Source of the DNA: Octopus sinensis
Taxonomy: Eukaryota
Reading direction: 5' to 3'
Assembly (NCBI RefSeq): GCF_006345805.1
Contig: NC_043019.1
Location: 17,235,360-17,299,359, forward strand
Length of the DNA: 64,000 bases
Shown: piece after piece, positions 11,726 to 23,700 of the stretch
Position numbering within the stretch: the stretch's first letter is position 1
Layout: the number at the start of each line of letters is the position of its first letter
Program-made: the position numbers and the translations under genes
Notes under the pieces: model-generated
Database searches by the model: none
Seen by the model: the letters and a program-made list of their open reading frames with translations, nothing else
Told to the model about the DNA's origin: nothing

Positions 11726-14700
11726 TGTGTGTGTTTGTCCCCCTAGCATTGCTTGACAACCGATGCTGGTGCGTTTATGTCCCCGTTACTTAGCGGTTTG
11801 GCAAAAGAGACCGATAGAATAAGTACTGGGCTTACAAAAGAATAAGGTCTGGGGTCGATTTGCTCGATTAAAGGCGGTGCTCCAGCATGGCCGCAGTCAA
11901 ATGACTGAAACAAGTAAAAGAGTAAAGAGTATTTGTAATATTTGTTTGAAAAAAACATGTCTATATGGGGAGAGTTATGAAGAATGGAATTTATTTATCA
12001 AAATATATATAAAGATTAAGCAAAATATATATAAAACTATGAAAGTGATTTAGTGGGTTGACAGGGAAGACAAAATGGGTGATAAGAAAGAGATTTTCAT
12101 TCATATTTGATCCATTTTGAAACAATACAACATAAATTAAACCAAAAGATATAATTAGGAAGACTTCAATAAATAACTAGGTCCTTACCATTCTTTAACA
12201 ATATTATAGTAGTTGCTGTTTTCAGGAATATTTTGTGGTGTTCCGTTCCAGTAAGAAGTGATAATGTTTTTACTTAACCATTCATATCCCAATATGTTGG
12301 CTTTTTCTGGTTGTGTTTGACATTCTGAAGGGTTTTTAGAAATATTTAAATCTTTTAATGAACTCTCAACTGGGACCATTTGTTCAGAATCTTTTATTTC
12401 TGTCTCATCAGCTTCTCTGATGTAGTCAATACCATCATCATCATCATCTTCATCCAGATCACTGAATTCCTAATTGAATGGGATAAAGCAAGCATTGAGT
12501 GGTCACATTCATACTTGCTAAAAAATCAAACATAATTTTTCAATGACATATAATAAAAAACATTTTATTTTGCTTTTTAAAAAATTACATTGGATTTTAT
12601 CAATGAATTAAAAGTTGTTGAGAAGCTTACAGGAGCCCCATGATGTGTATGTAAAATACAATTAATAATATAAATAATAATTAATCAAGAAAATGTATTT
12701 AATCCATTAACCTTAACCCTTTCATTACCAACCCGGCCAAAACCGGCTCTGGCTCTGTAGTACAAATGTCTTGTTTTCATAAGTTTTGCATTAAAATATA
12801 CCACCAAACCTTAGTCGCAATTTATGTTCCTAACACTAGCTTAATGATAACTAAGTTATTTTACTAAATTCTTTGTTATATTTAAAATAATTGAAAGAAA
12901 CACAGAGCATCTCAAAATAAATAGAGTAATGAAAGGGTTAATATACTCATCATCATCATTATTTAACGTCCGTTTTCCATGCTGGTATGGATCGGACAGT
13001 TTGACTGAAAACTGGTAAGCTAGGGATCTGCACCAGGTTCCAGTCTGATTTAGCAAAGTTTCCACAGCTGGATGCCCTTCCTAATGCCAACCACTCCAAG
13101 AGTGTAGTGGGTGCATTTTACGTGCCAGTTACAGAACACCAGCATTGGCCATGACTGCAATCTCACTTGGTCTGACAGGTGTTCTCAAGCATGGTTTGTT
13201 AGCAGAGGTCACAGTCACCTGTCACTGAGGCCCAGTGTTCAGACTGTACTTTTTACGTGCCAGTTACACATCACTGGTCAGTGATGGTCAGTGAAGTTAT
13301 GCCTCTACCACACATCACATACTGCATCAATAAAACTATATATAAAGTGGCATTTAAAAGGCACCATTCAAGCATGATCTTTACCAGTGTCGCCTTACTG
13401 GCACTTGTGCCCATGCTAGTAGGGTGCCAAGAGCACCATCCCACTGTGATCGTTATCAGAACAGCCAACTGGTTTCCATGCCAGTGGCTAGTAAAAGGGC
13501 ACCATTCGAGCGTGATCGTTACCAAAGTTGCCTTACTGGCACCTGTGCTGGTGGCACGTAAAAAGCACCCACTACACTCTCAGAGTGGTTGGCGTTAGGA
13601 AGGGCATCCAGCTGTAGAAACTCTGCCAAATCAAGATTGGAGACTGGTGCAACCATCTGGTTCGCCAGCCCTCAGTCAAAATCGTCCAACCCATGCTAGC
13701 ATGGAAAGCAGACATTTAACGATGATGATGATGAAAGTATATCAGTCGCATGTACACAGTGTACGTGTTTATTTATGTACCCATCTGCTGCATGACAGCA
13801 TTTGAAGAAAAGCTCCCTACAAGAGACTGAGTGTTAAGGAATACCAAATGTCCCAGATCAGGTGAAACAACTCACTTCGAATGACCTTGTCATTAACACT
13901 CAGTGTCGTGTAGGGAGCCTTCTCCAGACCCTATCCCACAGCAAATGGACGTGGAACCCATGTATGTGCAACCAATGTTTACATTACTAGAACTGCTTTT
14001 AATTAGTCGTTTAATTTTCCCCCATACATGTCATCATATCACACTGACATGGCTTTGAAGTTACAAACAGGTGTAGACATGGTTGTCTCATTAAGACTGG
14101 ACACAGGTGTGGCTGTGCTGTCAAGACAGGTCTTAGTTATGGTTGTGTGGTTTAGATCAGGCACAGGTACGGCTGTATGATTAAAACTAGACACAGGTAT
14201 GGCTTTGTAATTAAGACTGAGTGTAGAAGCTATGACTGAGTTGTTGGCTGAAAGGTTTGTTTGGCATCTATGCAGTTTTGGGTTCAATCCCACTGTACAG
14301 TGCATTCCTATAATAGCCTCAGGTCAACCAAAGTATTATCAGTGAAATTTGGTCGACAAAAACTGTGTGGAAGCTTTTGAGACACACCTCTTCTATTCCA
14401 GAGTGCTAGATTTAACACTGCTACCTGGCTCTTGGGTACCCTTACGAGAGCACTACCCGTTACAAGAAACCATCCTCAGACCATAATGTTTACTAATTAA
14501 TCTTTGATTATAGCTAAATAGAATTTTTTTCCATTAGCATCAAATGTAGAAAAAAAAAAGAAGCAAAGACAACTTACTGAAGAACTTGAATATGAGCCAT
14601 AGTAGACATCTTCTCCCTCCCTCAAATATGCTGCCCAATCAAAATCCTTGTCTTCTTCTGAAATGAAGTTAAAAATGAAGTTAAAAATATATAGGCGGCG

Positions 14701-17700
14701 CTCCAGCATGGCCGCAGTCAAATGACTGAAACAAGTAAAAGAGTATATATAAAGGAAAAAAAAGAAAAGAAATCTTATCAAAACTACTTCTAAAAACAAC
14801 AGTCACTCCCACCACTATCATCAGTAATTCTACTCTTAGGCAAGATATTAACACACTGTTGATGGCTACTGGCTTGGAATTCTCCACTAGCTTTGGTTTT
14901 TCTGCCATCTTCTAAAAGTAACCAATGTTCATGTAAAATAATTCTCAATGCCATTTTCCCAAGTATTGAAACGATCAAACATTGCTTATTTATAACTACA
15001 TGTAATCTTCTAATAAACTGTGTCTTAAATCATTAATTCTCTAAATGCTGAACCTTTGAGGGATCGTTATTTGTGCCCCATGCTACCAGTTCTCTTAAAC
15101 ATGTGATTCCCCTCTTCATCAAATAGTTACAGCCTTCATCCTTGTAGTAAAAAAACATTGCCAACATCTGACCAGTCTTCGCAGCACATTTACACAGTAA
15201 AATTAATGATGCAGCTGCTGTTACTGTGCAACTGATGGAGGTCAAAGGGGAATCCAAAAATAGATGCATCGTGTATAGAGTCAATATTAAAGAAAACATT
15301 TATATATTAAGTCTACATTACAATATACATTGAGTTCTCTATGGATTAGTATTCTTCTTAGTTGGGTGTGTGTAGTTTTACTGATGTATACTAGCAAAAG
15401 ATGTATGGATCACTGAGAAAACCAATAAATTAGTGCATTTCAATAAAAATAACTTGTAATATTTTAGTCCACCCGAGTTGCACAGACACTCCCTGATCAC
15501 TTTTATCATCAGGTAAGCAGCAAACCCAGTGACTGACCCGTTCAAAATCTATAACCAAAGAAATGCATTTTTTAAGTCAAACTAGATTAGGAGTTAAGAA
15601 CTATCTTCAATCTTCTTCCATTGTGCTTTTGTTTTCATATGAGACAGTCTCTACAATGTGAGGTATACTTGCCATCTCAATATGGCTAACCACTAAGGGT
15701 GGGTGTTACTGTAGCCCCAGGAGAACATCGTCTCCAGCTGGCTTTAGGCACACTTTCTGTGCCCTTATGGTATTTGCAAAGGGAGGTAATCCTTCCCTCG
15801 TCAACCTAAGTGATACGCACGAACTGCAGTTTCTAGGTTTTGACCTGTCATCAGCGTACGACAATCACCGGTTTTCGATGAAAGGAGTCCCAATGCAAAT
15901 ACTTATATTGTTTTTCCAGTAACTTTTTGTTACTGAACTAGAAAAACTGTATGCACATCGAAAACCGGTGATTGTCGTATGCTGATGACAGGTCAAAACC
16001 TAGAAACTGCAGTCCATGCGTATCACTTAGGTTGACGAGGGAGGGATGACCTCCCTTTGCAAATACCATAAGAGCACAGAAAGTGTGCCTAAAGCCAGTT
16101 GGAGACGATGTTCTCCTGGGGCTACAAGCTACAGTAACACCCACCCTTAGTGGTTAGCCATATTGAGATGGCAAGTATACCTCACATTGTCGTGCAGTTA
16201 CTGTTTATACCTCATTCAGAGATTTATTATTACAGTCTCTACAGTTCTCTAGATACTGAATTACTAGTCCCAGGCCATCATTTCCAACATCTCAAAAGGG
16301 ATGAAAATCTTATAAATGACCACCACCTTTATTACCTTGAGTCTTTCTTCCTCTTTACTGACTTTCAAACTGGTAACCAATTTTTTACATCATACAGACA
16401 CATAGGTGCAGGAGTGGCTGTGTGGTAAGTAGCTTGCTAACCAACCACATGATTCTAGGTTCAGTCCCACTGCGTGGCATCTTGGGCAAGTGTCTTCTGC
16501 TATAGCCCCGGGCCAACCAATGCCTTGTGAGTGGATTTGGTAGACGGAAACTGAAAGAAGCCTGTCGTATATATGTATATGTATATATGTGTGTGTTTGT
16601 CCCCCTAGCATTGCTTGACAACCGATGCTGGTGTGTTTACGTCCCCGTCACTTAGCGGTTTGGCAAACGAGACCAATAGAATAAGTACTGGGCTTACAGA
16701 GAATAAGTCCCGGGGTCGAGTTGCTCGACTAAAGGCGGTGCTCCAGCATGGCTGCAGTCAAATGACTGAAACAAGTAAAAGAGTAAAAGAGATACCAGAC
16801 TTACACTGCTTCTATGAAATATTTTGAAAACAACTTCAAATAAAGGCCCGAAAACCTTTAAAAGCAAGTCATAGGTGAAGTTATTCTGTAATAAACTCCA
16901 GTTTGAAAATAATCCCACACAAAGGAAGAAGTGTAAAGATTTGTTCTTGTTATTTCAAAATGTCTGACGAATTAGGTTCCTAAGAAGCGTCACAACTTAG
17001 AATGCTTTCAATCAAAGGTTTATCTAATTAGAGTTGCCTGCAGCTAAACAACAACAGAAATTAATAAACTTACCAACAGTGATACTTTTGCTAGACTCAT
17101 AGCTACTGCTCCCAGTTGGACTGTTAGCAAGTTCAATTAAAAGGCTCAGAATCGAGTAATGTGTGTCAGACTGTTAAAAATGTGAAATCAACAAAATATG
17201 GTTATAAATTATGAACACATATATTTATAAATTATAAGTATATGAATTAGAACAAAGTATATAAATTAAAAATGTGTATAAAAATGATGAATATGTGTAT
17301 AAATTATAAATGCATGTATATAAATTATAAACACACACACACAAATTATAATAAACCTTAGAAAGGAGATTCACTGCAACAATTTGATTCTATGTCTTGG
17401 AAAGGAAGAAAATGACAATCTTATGTTAATGGAAGTCGATAAAATGTTAGAATGGCAATGGAAATAAGCAGAAATCAATGAAAAAGGAACAAATATGGAA
17501 TGAAAACTTTTGATGATGCTCATAATCACTTAAATAAATAATTAATAATGGTTTCAAATTTTGGCACAAGGCCAGCAATTTCAGAGAAGAGGCCAAGTTG
17601 ATTACCTCAATCCCATTGCTCAATTGGTACCTATTTTACTGACCTCGAAAGGATGAAAGGCAAAGTCAACTTCGGCGGAATTTGAACTCAAAACACAAGG

Positions 17701-20700
17701 ACAGATGAAATGCCGCTAAGTATTTTGCCCAGCATGCTAATGATTCTGCCAGCTCACCACCTTTAATAATAACAGTAGTAGTAGTAATAATAATAATAAT
17801 AATAATAATAATGATGGCGAGATGGCTGAGTACTTTTCGAGCATTGGGCCTCATAGAGGCAAAGTGGTCGAGCTCTTTTTGAGTGTTGGGCCTTATGGAG
17901 GAAAAGCGGTCGAGTTCCTTTCCAGTGTTGGGCCTTATGGAGGAAAAGCGGTCGAGTTCCTTTCAAGTGTTGGGCCTTATGGAGGAAAAGCGGTCGAGTT
18001 CCTTTCAAGTGTTGGGCCTTATGGAGGAAAAGCGTCGAGTTCCTTTCAAGTGTTGGGCCTTATGGAGGAAAAGCGGTCGAGTTCCTTTCAAGTGTTGGGC
18101 CTTATGGAGGAGGAAAAGCGGTCGAGTTCCTTTCAAGTGTTGGGCCTTATGGAGGAAAAGCGGTCGAGTTCCTTTCAAGTGTGGGCCTTATGGAGGAAAA
18201 GCGGTCGAGTTCCTTTCAAGTGTTGGGCCTTATGGAGGAAAAGCGGTCGAGTTCTTTCAAGTGTTGGGCCTTATGGAGGAAAAGCGGTCGAGTTCCTTTC
18301 AGTGTTGGGCCTTATGGAGAAAAGCGGTCGAGTTCCTTTCAAGTGTTGGGCCTTATGGAGGAAAAGCGGTCGAGTTCCTTTCAAGTGTTGGGCCTTATGG
18401 AGGAAAAGCGGTCGAGTTCCTTTCAAGTGTTGGCCTTATGGAGGAAAAGCGTCGAGTTCCTTTCAAGTGTTGGGCCTTATGGAGGAAAAGCGGTCGAGTT
18501 CCTTTCAAGTGTTGGGCCTTATGGAGGAAAAGCGGTCGAGTTCCTTTCAAGTGTTGGGCCTTATGGAGGAAAAGCGGTCGAGTTCCTTCAAGTGTGGGCC
18601 TTATGGAGGAAAAGCGGTCGAGTTCCTTTCAAGTGTTGGGCTTATGGAGGAAAAGCGGTCGAGTTCCTTTCAAGTGTTGGGCCTTATGGAGGAGGAAAAG
18701 CGGTCGAGTTCCTTTCAAGTGTTGGGCCTTATGGAGGAAAAGCGGTCGAGTTCCTTTCAAGTGTTGGGCTTATGGAGGAAAAGCGGTCGAGTTCCTTTCA
18801 AGTGTTGGGCCTTATGGAGGAAAAGCGGTCGAGTTCCTTTCCAGTGTTGGGCTTATGGAGGAAAAGCGGTCGAGTTCCTTTCAAGTGTTGGGCCTTATGG
18901 AGGAAAAGCGGTCGAGTTCCTTTCAAGTGTTGGGCCTTATGGAGGAAAAGCGGTCGAGTTCCTTTCAAGTGTTGGGCCTTATGGAGGAAAAGCGGTCGAG
19001 TTCCTTTCAAGTGTTGGGCCTTATGGAGGCACTGACCGAGACCTTTGGCATTATGTTGTGCTTGAGAAGAAGACACATGAAACCAAACAAAATCACAGTC
19101 ATGGCAGATACCGGTGTCATGCAAATGGCACCCAAGCCGGTGGCACATAAAAGCACCCATTACAATCTTGAAGTGGTTGGCATTAGGAACAGCATCCAGC
19201 TGTAGAAAACCATGCCAAACCAGACTAGATCCTAGTGCAGCCTTCCAGCATGCCAGCCCAGTCAAACTGTCCAACCCATGCCAGAATGAACAACAAACAT
19301 TATATGATGATGATGATGTGTTTATCTATTCCATAGTTGATTCTTCTACCAATATACAAGAACAAGATTTAAATATTTCATGATAAAATAATTTAACCTG
19401 GTGCCATACTTACATGGTCAAACATTTTCTGGTCAAATAATGGTAGACCAAGAAATTTAGTGGTTAGTTCTCTTAAAGCTTTAGCCTTATCTTCTTGGGA
19501 GTGGACAGCAAATTTTTCACATAATCTGAGGTAATAAGATTCAAATTAACACATGTGATGAGAGTAATTACTTTATTTTGATAGCAAGGTACAGGTTGAC
19601 ACACACTTTCCATTTCAGTTGGCAAAAGATGATGTGTAGTGTTTGTTGAAATGCGAAGCATCAATATATAAGGACAGATGTAGACACATCTTAGTCTTTA
19701 AATAAAACTGTCCTAAATATTCAATGTAGATATTTGAGGTTTCTTCTTTTGCATCTCTTTCCAACATTACCCTGGTCACTCCCACATGCTTTTCTGTAAT
19801 ATATTTCTGTACTACCCACAAGGGGCTAAACATAGAGGGGACAAACAAGGACAGACAAAGGGATTCAGTCGATTACATCGACCTCAGTGCGAAACTGGTA
19901 CTTTATTTATCAACCCCGAAAGGATGAAAGGCAAAGTCGACCTCGGCAGAATTTGAACTCAGAATGCAGCGGCAGACGAAATACTGCTAAGCATTTCGCC
20001 CGGCGTGCTAACGATTCTGCCAGCTCACCGCCTTCTGTAATATGCTTTTCTGTAATATGAGGAGTCATTGTTGCACCTCTATAGCAAGAAACCTGTTCTG
20101 TTTAGGCCCTTTCTCTAAAATTCCTCATCTCCTGGTGTAAGGCTGCCTCCCTCAGGAAAAGGAGATTTTTGTCTTGCTAGCTCCTGATGCCACAAAAACA
20201 ACACACCCAGTACTCAAGTGGTTGGTATCAGGAAGGGCACCTGGCTGTAGAAACCACGCCAAAGCAGACATCAGAGCCCAATGCAGTCCTTGAACCTGCT
20301 GGATCCTGTCAAACCATCCAACTCATGCCAGTATGGGACAGAGACTTTAAATGATGACAATGACGATCATAAATAAAACACAGCATTGCAAAGATGACAG
20401 AGCATCAAAGAGCAGAAATCTGTAATGATACAAAAGAACTTGGGACCAAATTTGACAACATATTCCCTGAGGAGTGTAAGGAATTCATATTTTCAGTCTT
20501 TGAACTTTTCAAGACAGAATTTAATTTTGGATCAAATACAGTATGCTGTGCGTGGGAAGACCCGGTAGGACAAGTGAGACCATAACCCGTGGCCTCTACC
20601 TGGGACGTAGCCAGCCCACTTATGCATACCTTTCCTTCTTGTGACACAAACCCTACTTGTGAAGACCTGTTGAGGCAATTGAAAATCAAAATCAAAATCG

Positions 20701-23700
20701 ATCAACATCAATGGAAATTGTAGCTGTGATACCAGTGCCAGTGGCATGTAAGAGAACCATCCGAACGTGGCCGTTGCCAGTGACGCCCCGACTGGCATCC
20801 GTGCCGGTGGCACGTAAAAAGCACCATCCGATCGAGGCCGTTTGCCAGCCTCATCTGATACCTGTGCAGGTGGCATGTAAAAAGCACCCACTACACTCAC
20901 GGAGTGGTTGGCGTTAGGAAGGGCATCCAGCTGTAGAAACACTGCCAGATCAGACTGGGCCTGGCGCAGCCTTCTGGCTTCCCAGACCCCAGTTGAACCG
21001 TCCAACCCATGCTAGCATGGAAATCAGACGCTAAACGATGATGATGATGATGACAGCATCACTGTGGAGGCAAAAAAGAAAAAAGAATTTCAGCAGGTAA
21101 AAAGTTTGTATAAATGTGATGGTATGAAAGTGTTATGAATTGACGAACAGGAGGGAGACAGACAAATATTTTCATATAGACATAGACACAAAGAAAATGA
21201 TGATTACAATAAGAGAGGGAATAAGGTGCAGGAAATACAAATAGGGTGCACGGAAATTTCATTATTTTATGCTTTTACATCTGTTAGAATATATTCTCCC
21301 ATTCTACAAGAGAAGCAAAAAACACGAATACTGAAAAGTTGATTAATTTTATAACAAATAATTGTTGAAGTAAATATTTACCCATCAATCTTTTGGTTAA
21401 CTTTGTGTGAATCGACTGACAAGAATCGATGATATTTAAAATTGGAGATAGAATAAGAATAGCATTCCTTGAAGTCATCGCTAGTCTCATCCTGCAAGTA
21501 GAGACATCAAAGAATTAATATAGGATGATGGATGAAAGGGTGGGTCCTAATAAAAGACTGAATTGGAAGCAACTGAGAAGAAAAAAGAGCAGAGATGTTA
21601 TTTTAAGCTTTTTAGAAGAAGGGTTCAAAGAAGTCGTTTTTGGTAGATATGAATGCTGGAATCATTGTGTAAAGTGGCAACAAGAGGAGCAACTCATGGT
21701 AAAACCATGCCTCAAATACCTCCTATCCAAACCAATGTTAGCATGGAAAAACAGGCATTAAAGGAACAAATAAATGTGTGTGTATGTGTGAAATAAAATG
21801 TGAAGTCATGTGATCATCTATTTATTAAAAGAACTTCTGTACCAGAAGAGTGTAAGTATGGTCACAACTGGAATGTCTTCGATAAGTTTCTAAGATAAAT
21901 GGCAACCTACAGCTAAAAAAAAAAGATACACATTTATGTTACTCCAAGAAACTATAACAACTGCATCTCAAAGAATCTTATGTCTCTCAGCCCTTGTTCA
22001 CTTCATTAGTATCAAACACTACAAGTAGAATGGATCAGTAGCAAAATATTAAGTGAAGAGGGGCAGCAGCCGTTGTATTCTGACCAAATTACTCTTGCCT
22101 GGCTCCACTGTAACCTGTACCCATATCCAAAGGCTGCATTGTAGCCCCTGCACCCGTACCTAAACCTAGAAACAATGGAGACAACAAGAAAATGAAACAC
22201 ATACAGAGAAGTGCATGTCAGAATGTGCAGTATACCCTCAATCGCAATAAGCAGACAAGATTGGCTGGGTGCTACATAACAGAAACACAAACTAAAAGAA
22301 AAAAAAACCCTACATGACTTCTCAAATCACCAGATATACCAGTCAAATCACCTTCACATCATACTTTCTTGTATTAAAAAAAAAATGAAGGCCACTATAA
22401 TTAATTTAATTCTATACTGTATGTGAAATAAAAACAGGATGGTCATGTCCGAGATGTCTTTGATCATAAGTCTACTCAATCAACACAGACCTGGGGTTAA
22501 ACAGTAACACATGGTTTCAAGGCTTGGCTGTATGGTTAAGAAGTTTGTTTCCCAACCAAATGGTTCTAGGTTTGATTCCACTGCATGACACCTTGAGCAA
22601 GTGTCTTCTAGCATCACCTCAGCTTCATCAACAATCTGTGAGTAGAATATGATTGACAGAACCTGCCTGTATACATGTGTGTGTGTGTGTCCATGTGTCC
22701 TGCACAGATGTGTATTAGGAAAGGATGTAAATAATGGTAAGGAAAGGTTAGAAATAATATACAGTTGGCTTTAAGCAAAGTCCTTTGTGAAATTAGTTCT
22801 ACCCAGAGTTACAGACACTCCCTTCTCGCTCTCACAGTCAGATATACAGTGAACTAATGACTGTAATGTTGGTAAACAATAAGCATCAACATCATTGTTC
22901 AAAAGCTGCAATTTCTAAAATAAATATATTAAAAACACTTGGAAAAGACTTGATGGTTGAAGCAAGCATCATCTTGAAAGGGGCCTCCACAAGGGTTGCA
23001 AAACCTATTAGAAATAGCAGCCAAATCTCCTTCAAAACACATAACTGTTTTAAATGGCGTGAGGCTCAGTTGCAAAAACATGATGGTCCCCATTGAAAGG
23101 CCTCTGCACATGGGTCAGCTTGGCCATAGCTAATTGGAGGCAAAAATAATAACAATCATGCAACACTCACAGTGCTCTCTTCAGGTAGAGCCACAGCGAG
23201 AAGTTATCCAGGGGTCTCAGGGGGTTAAAGGAACCAATTCTAATCTATGTGTGCTGTAATTATATATGTTGGGGCACCAGTGCCCTGCTTTATCCTAACG
23301 GGCCTGTGATATTCTTTAAGAAGGCCCTGTGCACTCATAACTGCAGCTAGTAAGAGTGAACTGGCGATACATAGATCACATCTAGGCGTTTGACCGACCC
23401 CTCATCCCGACTGGACTGTTGAATCATGGCCGAACTGGTTGTGTGTTACACAACAGTGGTCACACACTGTCCATCTTCCGCCACAATCCTGTGTGTATGT
23501 GTGCGTGGCTAAGCTACTGCTGAGCACTCTGAGGTGGATTGTGACAGAAGGACAAAAAAACAGGGGAGGGTGAGTTAGTGCTAAAACGTGAGTGCTTATC
23601 CAACCATAACAATATAGGAACAGAACAGACAAGAATACACAACAGGAGGTTGGGATATCCATGTTAGAGCCCATACGATAAACCTCATCATGCGAAGTGG

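Larger units (their letters stand above)
15653..16190. repeat. Foldback element: ~230-bp inverted arms (15653-15880 / 15956-16190), each with a hammerhead; Penelope-like terminal structure
   Basis: Direct reverse-complement comparison; arms highly similar. Confidence 0.85.

Noticed and set aside
14790-15299. Minus ORFs of 62-88 aa in intron 4
   Set aside because: No recognisable homology, and not needed for the TUBGCP5 frame
17822-19205. Three long ORFs (442, 440, 284 aa) and a CRISPR-like appearance
   Set aside because: Pure 42-bp tandem repeat with no unique spacers; the ORFs arise because the unit lacks stops; LINE-derived and intronic
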